From IMG/VR virus record IMGVR_UViG_3300045988_159892, positions 1 to 36,017 of that record: a stretch of DNA of 36,017 bases. One strand, given 5' to 3'. Shown in pieces: positions 7,232 through 17,634 of the stretch (position 1 is its first letter; each line of letters starts with the position of its first letter). The notes beneath the pieces are model-generated. The model ran no database searches and had not been told where the DNA came from. It saw nothing but the letters and a program-made list of their open reading frames with translations. This DNA is from a virus. The position numbers and the translations under genes are program-made.

Positions 7232-10200
7232 AAATTAATCCATGTGTTTGTTGAAGAATTCCACTTTCTTATTCCTGCTTCCGACACCATGAAGCCTACA
7301 TTACCGCACCGTATCTGGAATACCGTCCGAGCCTCGTTGTTGAAGAAGCCGATATACTGCGACGGTGATTTGCCAAATATGTAACCGTTACCATATATAT
7401 CAGACCTCACCTCTCCGCTTTCAGTCTCGTATGTAAGAGCTTCTGTCGTAGAAGTGGTCAGATTATACACATATTCTGTTTGAGGCTTGCCACTAAAACA
7501 AGTTATCGTCGCTTGTAGAATAACGTCGTAAGTACCGGATGCCAAATTCTGGGATGATTTTACAGAAGATATTTCTGTTGTGGAATAATCTTCCTTTACC
7601 ACACCAAACTCATGTATAAGTGTTGTTGCCCCAGATTGTCTGTTTCTGAAGAATATCTTTCCGTCCAGCGAAATACCCGAGCCGTCACCAACAAACGATG
7701 CAGATACCGTTACTGCTGGCACAGTCACTACATTCGTTGCCGTATCAGCTCCGTCGATTACCAACCCATTCAATAAGTATCCCTCAAAAGTGTGGGAAAG
7801 CATCTCGATGCTTCCGCTTGTCAGCGATAAGGCTTGCAGCGTTTTTGATCCCGACGAGCCGGTGACATTCAACAACTCTCCAAAAGGGTCATCCCCGCTG
7901 GCCATCTGGAATTGGTTCGGTGTAATCCCCATTGACCGCTTCGACGTACCATTCTCGATCAAACCAAACTCTAATCCCTCACCTGGGGTCTGCAGCATGT
8001 ACTGCATTTGGTTTGAAAGCCGGACAACACCGTTTTTGTACAACGTATAGCCTGCATTCTGGAAGTCTTGGTCATCCTGCACATCAGCCATGATGAACGG
8101 CAGGTTATCCTGCCCATTGGTTACGCCTGCGCGAATTTTGTCACCCTCACGCGTAACGACCGCTCCGGTAAGTACAACACCGTTGGAGATTTCTGTCGTC
8201 TGATCTGCAAAAGCGTCTTTCAGATATTGGATGCTGTCTATGTCGGCTTTCGTAGCATTAGCGATTGCTTCGAGAATCGTTGTTCGTGCCGCATAATAAG
8301 CCGCTATATTAGCATAATCTGATTCGATGGTTATACTCTCCGGCGAGGACGCTGTGTACTTCGTAAGAGCCGATTTTGCCACGGTATAGGCCGCTGTGTA
8401 ATCCGTTGTGGCAACACTATACGCCGTAGCTTCCGCTATTATCTGAGTATATTCTGCCTCTATATCGGCGAGAATTTGTTTCAGATATGACTTTTCCGGA
8501 GGCGATACAGTGTCGTCGGATGCGATCTCATCAAGGCGGCTGGATATAGCATCCACCAATTTTTTCTGATCGTTGTATGACGGCTGCCACGACAGCGCGG
8601 GTTTGTTACCGCGAACAAGCATTATTTTGTTATAGCGTGCTGTATTGCCAGCGCTCCCTCCGCTGGGGCCAGAGTACAGCCATAATGTACCCTGCTCCGC
8701 GTTACGGTTAGCGGTGAAAACCCCCGACATCACTTCCCCTGGTTTTAGGGTTAGAATATTCGAAGCCACTAATGACTGTTCTCCAGCATATAGAAGGCAT
8801 ATATATTCTGTCGGTGAACCTACAACATTCTCAATACTCTCTACCGATATTGCATACTGCTCGCCTTTTTTAAACGGCCCGAAGCTTGTTTTTGAAATAC
8901 CTACCGCAGTCTTACTTTCTGATCCATCCAACAGATTTACCGATGAAAACTCGGCGTTTGCTGCCTCCTCTGCGGCCTTTTGCGCATCGTCTATCTGCTG
9001 TTGCTTTTCGGCCCACTCGGAAAGGTTCGTAAGGCCCGATGAGCCGGCTCCGATCTGCACATCGGCCGATATGCGCAACTTACGTTTGGTATCGCCTGCA
9101 GCTTTTTGATATGTAATAAAGTTCGCGCCTTCTGCCGATATATCGCGATCACCATAGAAGACGTCACCATATGCATACATATAGGCTTCTCCGGTATTGG
9201 GATTCACTCCCATACCGACATAATTCTTTTCTGGTAACTGATATGAATCTATATGGGCATAGACTTCTATTGAGCCTCCATTCTGCGGATTGATAACTAT
9301 TGCAGATTGACGGGTCTTGTCTGTCCGGTTGCCAAATTGCGGTATTTCATCTCCGGCTTCTGGGATACTGCTGCCGTCGACATCAGTTTTTGATAGATCG
9401 ACGTAGTTCTCGCTAACTGCAACAACCAAACGCCAATAATATTTTACAATATTGTTTTGATTGGCATCATATCTTTGGCATCGGACTTGATCGTCAACGA
9501 CCAATCCACTGTATCGAGTTCCATTCTTGTTGTCAAAATAACATCGGTACGCGGTATCAAGCTCTTCGACCGATGTTATCTCACATCCACCATTGGAATG
9601 AACAGTCGCTCCAATTTTGAATGTGACTTGATTAATTACAGCTTCATTGAACTGAGATTCTTTACGTACAACAAGTTTGTCTATCTCGGCAACTGAATCA
9701 CCGTTTTCATCTTCATAGATTGAATATCCAGACCCGGCGAATCCTCCTTGTCTAAAATTCGATGAAACTATATTCCCACCTACTGATACATTCTTTCTTA
9801 CTGTAATATTTTTTTCGAACGAGACGTTGCCTTTGAATGTTTCGTCAATTTGCTTGTTAGCAAACTCCCATAATGATCTTGTGGCAGAAAATACATTGTA
9901 GTCTGTTGCTGCAGTACCATCATATCGTGTTATCACGTAGATTGCAGCTCCAGAGGTAGTAACACCTATCCGTTGCGCATATAAATTCGCTTTTACGTCG
10001 TTCTCGATCTTTCCGGTACGCGAATATGTGCGGTTATCTCCTACAGTGTATGTGGCGATATATTCGTTGTAGAGCTTCTTTTCGAATCCTTGAATACGAG
10101 ATTTACGGCCTTCAGGCCCGAATCGAGGATCTTGAAGAATAACAACCTGTCCAGCATCATAATTCTTTTCGTTAAAAGCGCAATACACTGGATTTGTCGG

Positions 10201-11475
10201 GCAATCATATACGGTAGTGTCGCCACTATGCTTCGAGGCATACTCCTCACCAGCTGCCAAAAGCTCCTCTTCGGCCTCCGATATACGGGCCTCGGGAAGT
10301 TTCACACCCGTGAGAATGAATGTGTCGCCCGACTTGGGCTTCATGTTGGCATTGGGAATGATCGAAACGCTATCTCCAGAAGTCTCGATCTGCGCGACGA
10401 CCTCAAACTTTTTGTCGAAGCCGTCCTCCGGCTTCCAGGTCTTGGGGTCGTAATTAATAGATACGTCAAACGTCAGCCCCGTAAGGTCCCCGCTGGTAAA
10501 CGTAGCCTGCAAATCCTCTCCCTCGACAACATCCGAAGGAACAAATGGGGTTTCGCCGGCATATATAACATATGCAGGATACGGATCTCCCTCGTCAGGT
10601 GTAATCGTTTTTTCTTCAACACTGGTAACAGTATCGGTATTCTTGGGATATATGTCATCGAAGAATACGACTACCGGCGTGATTTCGCTTTGCGTGAGAT
10701 CTGGACGTGCATCAATGTATTGTTGTCTATCAGGCAGGCGCAGACGTATCTCGGATACGTGGTTGGTTACGCCGCCCTGCTCGGCCTGCCCGTAATCGCT
10801 TGTTAGGTTACGTGTCGAGCCGAAGACATAGAAACGTGTGCCATACCCGTCGTTATTATTGCTATTGCGAGGCGGTATGTCACTTATTACATATCCTTTT
10901 TTGAATATTTCGTTTGATCCGAATTCGAGTTTGCCGAAATATAGCGATATAATGCCGCCGTTCTGCTGTGTCCACCACTCGCAGTCAAATGTTTCGGCAA
11001 TGTTGTTCACCGCATTCCAGCATGTATCCCCTTCGAAGGATACTACCTTGACCGTTTCCGGATTATCAACACCCACAAGACCGCCAAACTGCCATGTTGA
11101 GCCGCCTAACTCCTTGTTCATGTTTTGAACGATCAGGTTGCCGAAATACTCAAGGCTTGTCGTGTTGTGAAACACTACCTCGGGATTGCTGCCTCCAAGC
11201 CAGAAACAGATGACTTTCTTCATCTTATTCTGCTGGTGCTCAAATTTGAGATTATACTTGTATCCTTGCCCAGAACTTTCGGGATATACAGGCGACATGA
11301 TCTCGTATTTATCGCCTTTGTAAAGGACGTATGACCCCTCGGGAATATCGAGCGCAGTGAGCGAGTTTACGGGCAGACTGATGTAATAGTCGCCCATGAG
11401 TACGAACTTGATAATGGCTTCTTTGGATACGGGAGCATCAATAATTATGCCTCCGGAGGGATTATATATTGTCAT
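7228..11475 (-). CDS. Large tail tip / tail-fibre (Tal plus receptor-binding) protein, 1415 aa
   Basis: Position directly after the tape measure and Dit-like gene, size, an internal coiled-coil (AEKQQQIDDAQKAAEEAANAE) and a beta-rich C-terminus. Confidence 0.7.
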   Translation of the reverse strand: MTIYNPSGGIIIDAPVSKEAIIKFVLMGDYYISLPVNSLTALDIPEGSYVLYKGDKYEIMSPVYPESSGQGYKYNLKFEHQQNKMKKVICFWLGGSNPEVVFHNTTSLEYFGNLIVQNMNKELGGSTWQFGGLVGVDNPETVKVVSFEGDTCWNAVNNIAETFDCEWWTQQNGGIISLYFGKLEFGSNEIFKKGYVISDIPPRNSNNNDGYGTRFYVFGSTRNLTSDYGQAEQGGVTNHVSEIRLRLPDRQQYIDARPDLTQSEITPVVVFFDDIYPKNTDTVTSVEEKTITPDEGDPYPAYVIYAGETPFVPSDVVEGEDLQATFTSGDLTGLTFDVSINYDPKTWKPEDGFDKKFEVVAQIETSGDSVSIIPNANMKPKSGDTFILTGVKLPEARISEAEEELLAAGEEYASKHSGDTTVYDCPTNPVYCAFNEKNYDAGQVVILQDPRFGPEGRKSRIQGFEKKLYNEYIATYTVGDNRTYSRTGKIENDVKANLYAQRIGVTTSGAAIYVITRYDGTAATDYNVFSATRSLWEFANKQIDETFKGNVSFEKNITVRKNVSVGGNIVSSNFRQGGFAGSGYSIYEDENGDSVAEIDKLVVRKESQFNEAVINQVTFKIGATVHSNGGCEITSVEELDTAYRCYFDNKNGTRYSGLVVDDQVRCQRYDANQNNIVKYYWRLVVAVSENYVDLSKTDVDGSSIPEAGDEIPQFGNRTDKTRQSAIVINPQNGGSIEVYAHIDSYQLPEKNYVGMGVNPNTGEAYMYAYGDVFYGDRDISAEGANFITYQKAAGDTKRKLRISADVQIGAGSSGLTNLSEWAEKQQQIDDAQKAAEEAANAEFSSVNLLDGSESKTAVGISKTSFGPFKKGEQYAISVESIENVVGSPTEYICLLYAGEQSLVASNILTLKPGEVMSGVFTANRNAEQGTLWLYSGPSGGSAGNTARYNKIMLVRGNKPALSWQPSYNDQKKLVDAISSRLDEIASDDTVSPPEKSYLKQILADIEAEYTQIIAEATAYSVATTDYTAAYTVAKSALTKYTASSPESITIESDYANIAAYYAARTTILEAIANATKADIDSIQYLKDAFADQTTEISNGVVLTGAVVTREGDKIRAGVTNGQDNLPFIMADVQDDQDFQNAGYTLYKNGVVRLSNQMQYMLQTPGEGLEFGLIENGTSKRSMGITPNQFQMASGDDPFGELLNVTGSSGSKTLQALSLTSGSIEMLSHTFEGYLLNGLVIDGADTATNVVTVPAVTVSASFVGDGSGISLDGKIFFRNRQSGATTLIHEFGVVKEDYSTTEISSVKSSQNLASGTYDVILQATITCFSGKPQTEYVYNLTTSTTEALTYETESGEVRSDIYGNGYIFGKSPSQYIGFFNNEARTVFQIRCGNVGFMVSEAGIRKWNSSTNTWINL

Positions 11476-11561
11476 TTCGTCGTCGGTTTGCCTTGCATCA
11501 TCACAGGGTTAATACAAAGATCAAAAGCCTCGGCGCATTATCCAAATCCCCAGGCTTGTTT

Positions 11562-11978
11562 TTACTCCGCTGCCCTGTCTGTCGGATCGGGCTCTCGGAA
11601 TTTCACTGACAACTTGCAGGCATTCAGCCTCCAGTTTTCGAATTGCGTCGCACTACTGTACAGCAGACGATAATAGCTGTTCAGGTCGGGGACGTACAGC
11701 GTTACTATACCCGAGCGCAAAACATCCATGAAAGCCGCGTATTTTGCGAGAAAATCACTATGCGAATTGCCGCTGACAAGAAATGTCAGTGTTACGTCCC
11801 GCTCATTTTGAATAAGTGGACTTGTCGGCAGTACCTGCACGCCGTCTTTCAGAGGGTCATCATTTTGTATCACATCCTTGATTGGCGCCGGCGTGAGCAG
11901 CGCCGCATAAGCTCCGTTCTCAATAGTTACCCCCATCGAGGAGAGTAGTACACCGTTTATCTTTATGTCTGTCCCCAT
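11562..11978 (-). CDS. Distal tail protein-like (138 aa)
   Basis: Immediately downstream of the tape measure. Assigned by synteny only. Confidence 0.45.
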   Translation of the reverse strand: MGTDIKINGVLLSSMGVTIENGAYAALLTPAPIKDVIQNDDPLKDGVQVLPTSPLIQNERDVTLTFLVSGNSHSDFLAKYAAFMDVLRSGIVTLYVPDLNSYYRLLYSSATQFENWRLNACKLSVKFREPDPTDRAAE

Positions 11979-11982
11979 ATCA

Positions 11983-14900
11983 TTACAGATTATCCAGTTT
12001 ACGGTTCATGGCGGCCAGCGAATCTCGCATCTCCGGCAGAACCTTTGTGAAAGTCCGAATGTCGGCCACGTTGCCGTTCATTTGCACCAAAATGTCACGG
12101 GTGTCGGTCATGCGGTTCAGTTGCTCGATGGAGATGCTGCGGCCGTATGCAGCCTGCTCGACCAGAATGTTTATCTTGCCCTGAATGTCGGTGAAGCGTC
12201 CATTCAGTTCGCTGGCCGTGTCCTGTGACATCGTAGAAAAGCCTCGCGAGGTTCCGGATTGGGAGGATTCGGTTTCAGTATCTTGGAGGTATTTGTCCGC
12301 CCAGCCATATTGATTATTCAGTTCGTTAGTTATATCGTCAACCATTTGATTAATGATACCTTCTTCAGTCGGAGATATAACACCGTCAGACCAGAACTGT
12401 TGAAGCTTGTCTCGTATGGCTTGCATTGGAGATGATATGTCTGCCTTCATGGCCTCGATAACCATCTGTTTGATCATATCTTTTACAAAATCCTTTGCGC
12501 TCTTTGCCCGATCTTCGCCTTGCGCCCATGCGTTTGCGTACGCTTCGGCAAAATTGTCTATGGCTGACTGTACATCCTCGCCGAATATGGCATCTTGAGC
12601 CTTGTCAATATTTTCTTGAATCAGTTTATTGTTTTCCTCGATTTGGTCTTGCCATTCTTTTATCCGATCATCATCTGATTTTTTCTTGCTTTGTTCTTCT
12701 CTGATCTGCTTTTGCAACAAAACATTCTGCTGTTTCAGCATGTCATTCTGTTGACCTATAAGATTAGAGGCATCGGTTGAATAGGCTTTATTAATAGCAT
12801 CGCCAAGGGCATCATACGATTTTGCTAATGCGTCGACTTGATCCTGAAGGGCCTCGATTGTACGCTCCTTTCGACGATCTCCGCTCAATAGACTCCACAA
12901 ATTTGAAATTACCGACACAACTCCCTGAATCCCCTGCACAGGATTTCCCGAAGCGAACCCTGCTACCGCTTGTGCGGTTCCTCCAACGGCACCGGCTATC
13001 TCGTTTATTGATGCTGTGGTATCTTCATCGGCTCCAAATGTGGATGCAATGGATGAAATGCCGCTTATTGTAGACGACACAATATTCAACGCCTCGGACA
13101 CACCTAACCATGCTTGCTTACGTAATTCTACAGCGCGTATGTCGTCTTTATTAGCAAGAGCCTGCTTGTAGGCTTTGAAGTTGGCCGATATGCTTGCAAA
13201 TGGATTTTTTCGCGTGGCTGTCTCTGCTGCCTCGTCAAGCTTGTCAGTGACGGTTTTCAGATTGATTGGATCGAGATCGGCATCTTTCAGCAGGCTGTTG
13301 ATATTATCAATAATACGCAATATCTCTCGGCTCGATAGAGCATCGAGATTCTGAAACAGGTTGATCCAGTCGTCCGTTTTCATCAGCTCCTCGGCGCGAA
13401 TCTCGCCTACCTGCTGTGCTTCTGACTTATTTATCTGCGGGATCAAATCTTCGCGTCCGCCGGCCGTTGCTGCATTGCGTGCGTTCTCCGCATTCTGCCG
13501 AATCTTCGCTATTCTATCTTCGGCAGAACGATATTCTTCGACTACGGCATTCAGGCTTGCAGCAATCTCGGCACGGTCGATCCGTATGCCTAAATCTGTC
13601 GCCTGCTCTTGCGATATATTGCCAGCCTTTAGAGCGTTATCCACCCACTTGCGGAACTCCTCGTATTTCTCCTTTATGCTATTTATACGGCGATCCTCCT
13701 CCGATAGCGTGTCGTCGGTGATCTGTTTGTATATTCGGTCAAGCTCTTGGGCGTATTTCAAGTCTACGGCGGCACGATCATCAGCATCAATTTGTCTGAT
13801 ATTAGATTCCCTCTCTTGAAAATCTTTCGTTTGATTCGCTGTTAGTGATCCTCCTTGCGCGGCTTCAAGTTTCGATTTATCCTCTTTCAGTTTGTCAAGT
13901 TCCTCTTTTGTGCGCAAGTCTATTTCGGCCAACTCTTTCTGCTTTCCATCTTTCATTATGTCGATGCGCGACTGTTGTAACTCCCGATCATTAGCAAGAA
14001 TAAGGTCGGACAGTTTTTCCTGCGCCTTCGTAACAGAGGTTGTGGTTTTGTCATCGACCCCCGCCAACTTTTTGGCTTCGTCGAGTGTTTTTTTCGCATT
14101 CTCGACCGCACTTTGCTTCTCTTTGACTGTCTCTACATTTTCTCCACTACTGATAGCAGATTTCCACGCTTTTACAGCTTCGTCATAGGCTTTTTGGGCG
14201 GATTTGAGATTTTCAGTGGCCGATACGATAGACCCGGCCGCTGCGCTGGACTGCTGCCCTCCTGAAGTAATGCCGGCAAGGGTTTTTTCTCCATTTGTTA
14301 TTGCGTCAATCAACTGCTGCCGTTCGGCATACAACTCGTTCGCCTTTCGTGCTGCATCTTCGATCTGCTTTTCTGAATATGGAACTTTCTCCAAATCCTG
14401 CAGCACCACAAGTTGCCCACCAACCGTTGTAGTTTTATTGCGGTAATAATATTTATCCTGGTAGATAGAACTTAATCCTGCAAGTTCTCTGTCTATATCA
14501 GAAACACGTGTTTTTGCCGTGCTAATTTGCGACGTTACGTCTATTTTTAAAGCCTCCTTCTGTGCATCGCTGAACGCTCTTATCTTTGTAATATTGATAC
14601 CAAGGACACGCCCATACTCGTCAAACTGTGAAATAGCCGAAGGGACAGCACTTGCCAATTTGTTCATAGTATCGGCAAGCTGGTCATTTTCAGTTTTAGT
14701 GCGGGACGTTTTTGACGCAAGTACTTCATAAGTATCTGCCAAATCCGATATGCTATCTGCATTAGACGCATAGTCCGAAGTTACAGCGTTCAGATCTGAT
14801 ACAATGTCGGTAGTTGATTTTGCTTTCTTTGAAAAGGTGGTCAATGCCGTAACAATGCCTATCAAAGCACTTGCCGCAAGCACATAAGGATTCGCCTTTA

Positions 14901-15891
14901 CTGCCTTATTGAACAGAATCTGCGCCTGGGTTGCCCGCGTCAGCATCTTGGTCTGCTCTAAAATGGCTTTTGTCGCCTCAACTATCGTCTGCACTTTCTG
15001 TGCTGCAGCCACCGCAATGAGCGCTGCTTTATATGCGCCGTAAGCCGCAACCAACGGTATAAGAATATCCAATACCTTCTGGTAATTCTCAACAAGCGAG
15101 ATCGTCCCCTTCAGCACTCCAGCAATAATGCCCTCACTCGACTTTCCCATGTTGTTGAACATGGTATCGATTGCATCACTGAGGTTGGAGATAAGACCAG
15201 AGATTGTCTTGGACTGCTCCTGCATAAGGTTATAGAACTGCCCCCCTTCGTTGGTCATACCCTCGATAACCTTTTTCACGTCCTCGAATCCGATCTTTCC
15301 GGCCGTTACCATAGCATTTATCTCATCCGTGGTCTTGCCGTACATCTTAGCCATCTCTTGCAATACCGGAATGCCCGAACTGGTGAATTGAAGCATATCA
15401 CGCGCGTACAGGCGTCCCTGCACAGCCGTTGTACCGTACAGGTAGGTCAGACGTTCGAGAGGCAAACCCAGCCCGGCCGCCACGTTACCCAATCGGGTCA
15501 AGGTGTCGGTTATATCCTCGGCAGCAAATCCGTAGGCAAGCAACTGACGGGCACCGTCGGCTACACCCTGTAAATCGAACGGAGTCTTGGCGGCCAGCTC
15601 TACCATTTCAGCCATCAGCGCGTCAGCCTTTTCCTTGCTTTGCAAAAGGGTTGTAAAGGCAACTTCCAGCTGTTGAAATTCGCCACGGGTCATAGCAAGC
15701 TGCCGGACAAGTCCAGCCAACGATATCCCTACGCCTATTTGTGCCAGCGTATTGCCCAATTTGTGCATGGCAATATCCATGCGGTCGGCGTCATTTACGA
15801 CATTAGACGTTACTGTTCTGGCGGTTTGCTGAAGCTCTCTGAACTTGCGTACGGCCTCCTCATTATCTATTACGACAGTAAGATTTATCAT
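11983..15891 (-). CDS. Tail tape measure protein (1302 aa)
   Basis: Size and extensive coiled-coil. N-terminal segment ...AAKTPFDLQGVADGARQLLAYGF... is typical of the tape-measure domain. Position after the G/GT chaperones. Confidence 0.9.
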   Translation of the reverse strand: MINLTVVIDNEEAVRKFRELQQTARTVTSNVVNDADRMDIAMHKLGNTLAQIGVGISLAGLVRQLAMTRGEFQQLEVAFTTLLQSKEKADALMAEMVELAAKTPFDLQGVADGARQLLAYGFAAEDITDTLTRLGNVAAGLGLPLERLTYLYGTTAVQGRLYARDMLQFTSSGIPVLQEMAKMYGKTTDEINAMVTAGKIGFEDVKKVIEGMTNEGGQFYNLMQEQSKTISGLISNLSDAIDTMFNNMGKSSEGIIAGVLKGTISLVENYQKVLDILIPLVAAYGAYKAALIAVAAAQKVQTIVEATKAILEQTKMLTRATQAQILFNKAVKANPYVLAASALIGIVTALTTFSKKAKSTTDIVSDLNAVTSDYASNADSISDLADTYEVLASKTSRTKTENDQLADTMNKLASAVPSAISQFDEYGRVLGINITKIRAFSDAQKEALKIDVTSQISTAKTRVSDIDRELAGLSSIYQDKYYYRNKTTTVGGQLVVLQDLEKVPYSEKQIEDAARKANELYAERQQLIDAITNGEKTLAGITSGGQQSSAAAGSIVSATENLKSAQKAYDEAVKAWKSAISSGENVETVKEKQSAVENAKKTLDEAKKLAGVDDKTTTSVTKAQEKLSDLILANDRELQQSRIDIMKDGKQKELAEIDLRTKEELDKLKEDKSKLEAAQGGSLTANQTKDFQERESNIRQIDADDRAAVDLKYAQELDRIYKQITDDTLSEEDRRINSIKEKYEEFRKWVDNALKAGNISQEQATDLGIRIDRAEIAASLNAVVEEYRSAEDRIAKIRQNAENARNAATAGGREDLIPQINKSEAQQVGEIRAEELMKTDDWINLFQNLDALSSREILRIIDNINSLLKDADLDPINLKTVTDKLDEAAETATRKNPFASISANFKAYKQALANKDDIRAVELRKQAWLGVSEALNIVSSTISGISSIASTFGADEDTTASINEIAGAVGGTAQAVAGFASGNPVQGIQGVVSVISNLWSLLSGDRRKERTIEALQDQVDALAKSYDALGDAINKAYSTDASNLIGQQNDMLKQQNVLLQKQIREEQSKKKSDDDRIKEWQDQIEENNKLIQENIDKAQDAIFGEDVQSAIDNFAEAYANAWAQGEDRAKSAKDFVKDMIKQMVIEAMKADISSPMQAIRDKLQQFWSDGVISPTEEGIINQMVDDITNELNNQYGWADKYLQDTETESSQSGTSRGFSTMSQDTASELNGRFTDIQGKINILVEQAAYGRSISIEQLNRMTDTRDILVQMNGNVADIRTFTKVLPEMRDSLAAMNRKLDNL

Positions 15892-16313
15892 AGCACTACG
15901 ACCGTTTTATCCTTGTTGATACTCACTTCTCCGCCGCTGATATTTACGACCTTCACCACGGCATAATTCTCGGCATTAATAGTCGCCGAGGCTCCGTGCA
16001 TCAGAATAACCGTATGCGTAAAGCGAACGCCTGACACATATATCTCGGCATGGGTATTTCCGGCGAGGCATACGTTCTTTTTCCCCTTTATCACCACATC
16101 GCCACTATCGACGTACACACCTCTTGGTCGCACGTCGTACTTTATTTCCCGCAGCGATGCAATAGACGGGTATTTGTATTTCTCGCAGAACTCCTGTCCC
16201 TGCGGAGAAAAGAATGCGGCGACCAACGTGCGGTAGTCTGATATTTTATCCAACTTGCTGCACGCGCCGAGGCTGTAGGCTGAATTGATTATGTCGTGGA
16301 TTGATTTTTGCAT
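15888..16313 (-). CDS. Extra 141-aa protein between chaperone and tape measure; paralog-like to the repeat protein at 35614
   Basis: ATGA overlap with the TMP start. Shares GAC...FC.KY... and xSATINAEx features with the right-edge ORF. Confidence 0.65.
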   Translation of the reverse strand: MQKSIHDIINSAYSLGACSKLDKISDYRTLVAAFFSPQGQEFCEKYKYPSIASLREIKYDVRPRGVYVDSGDVVIKGKKNVCLAGNTHAEIYVSGVRFTHTVILMHGASATINAENYAVVKVVNISGGEVSINKDKTVVVL

Positions 16314-16314
16314 A

Positions 16315-16704
16315 TTATCGGCACATTTGGCGTAATTTATCTATTGACTTGGGGTCGTTCAGATCGATAACCTCATTTGATCCATATTGAGCCGGACTGC
16401 TCGCTGAATTAGACCTATAATCAGTTCGCTGTGCATCTTTATACATTAGCCTTAAATTGGCCCACGAAAAATCCCACATGACTTGCATGGGTGACATATT
16501 AAGCGTACTGCATATAGCTGAAATCATTCCCCAGATGCTGCAGCCTCCGTAGATGCTATCCGCTCCTTCGGGGTTATCTGGGAAATCATTACCCGAAGCG
16601 TTCTTACCGAGCGAATAGCACTCATAAAATCCGCATAGTACGATTGCACTACAATCGTGTACAGCACGTTTGCCAGAGCCTGCTGCGTCATGGTCGGCGA
16701 CCAC
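16315..16704 (-). CDS. Downstream (-1 frame) part of the tail assembly chaperone (GT-like frameshift extension)
   Basis: Overlaps the 16524-17033 ORF by 181 nt in the -1 frame relative to it. This is the classic G/GT arrangement upstream of a tape measure. Confidence 0.6.
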   Translation of the reverse strand: MVADHDAAGSGKRAVHDCSAIVLCGFYECYSLGKNASGNDFPDNPEGADSIYGGCSIWGMISAICSTLNMSPMQVMWDFSWANLRLMYKDAQRTDYRSNSASSPAQYGSNEVIDLNDPKSIDKLRQMCR

Positions 16705-17033
16705 ATGATCAGGTCAACGCGTTGCTCGAAATCTTTATCTATATCCTGCTTCGTGCGCAATGTGGCGATGGCGATGATCTCGGCTACCTCGCGCGGCTTT
16801 TCGGCGCAGATCGTCCAAAGCTGCTTCACGGAATCCTCGACATGCTCCTCGTCGAATACAAAGTCGAGATTAAGTAATCTGCGCGATATGATGGCCAGCC
16901 GTCCCAGTTGCAGAGGATATAGATACAAAGTCTCCTTCTTACCGGATTTATTCTCCAGCTCGAAAGATTCGATTTTCTCGGTCAATACATCGAGAGCTCG
17001 TTTGTCTATTGTGTTGCTTTTCTTCTTTGCCAT
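16524..17033 (-). CDS. Tail assembly chaperone (G-like)
   Basis: Position between the tail tube and the tape measure, plus the -1 overlapping downstream ORF. Confidence 0.7.
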   Translation of the reverse strand: MAKKKSNTIDKRALDVLTEKIESFELENKSGKKETLYLYPLQLGRLAIISRRLLNLDFVFDEEHVEDSVKQLWTICAEKPREVAEIIAIATLRTKQDIDKDFEQRVDLIMWSPTMTQQALANVLYTIVVQSYYADFMSAIRSVRTLRVMISQITPKERIASTEAAASGE

Positions 17034-17112
17034 AACACCGGATTATTTGCTCCCGCCCCGGTCTCGCTCCGTGATGCAAGTCGTGAACTTTCCGGCGGGA
17101 TTGAGTGGGTGG

Positions 17113-17631
17113 TTAGGCCTCAGCGTCTTCGGTATATGATGGCGTCTCAATGGGCCACCACGCATAACCGCCTTCTGCCGGTGCAAGCACATCGGCCGAA
17201 ACTGCGATTTGAAGAGGATCGGAAGTGTTCAAACCTCCCGTTAACGTTGCCGTATATTTCAGTCGCGCAAAGGCAATAGAATCTCCTGATGCGGCATCGA
17301 AAACAAATGCCTTTTCACCCTCGTACAGCTCGCCGGCCGCAGGCTCGGTAGTTCCGAAATAGAACTCCAGCGTGTCGTCGTCGAAGTCAGCTACGTTCCA
17401 CGTCACCTCTTTCGAGCCGGTGGTCGGGTCACGCATGGAGAAGAAGGGATCGGCCTCGCCCTCTCGATGGAATTTGTTGCTGGTCGGATTAGAGAAGTTG
17501 AAGGTTATACCACCCTGATAGGGCTGGGTAATCTTTGTTAACGCCGCAAGCAGTGTGCTTGCCCCCGCGTCCTTGACACCTTTGGGTAGCGGATTGCCCG
17601 CATGGCATGATTTAAGACCTACAAGTTGCAT
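17113..17631 (-). CDS. Major tail (tube) protein
   Basis: Synteny (after the tail terminator-like genes, before the chaperones), with suitable size and composition. Confidence 0.6.
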   Translation of the reverse strand: MQLVGLKSCHAGNPLPKGVKDAGASTLLAALTKITQPYQGGITFNFSNPTSNKFHREGEADPFFSMRDPTTGSKEVTWNVADFDDDTLEFYFGTTEPAAGELYEGEKAFVFDAASGDSIAFARLKYTATLTGGLNTSDPLQIAVSADVLAPAEGGYAWWPIETPSYTEDAEA

Positions 17632-17634
17632 AGT

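Noticed and set aside
10090-10806. 238-aa plus-strand ORF, plus several others at 7790-11334, inside the 1415-aa tail gene
   Set aside because: They are antisense shadow ORFs within a long, well-supported minus-strand gene. Their composition is low-complexity and Arg/Leu/Ser-rich, and they have no promoter context.
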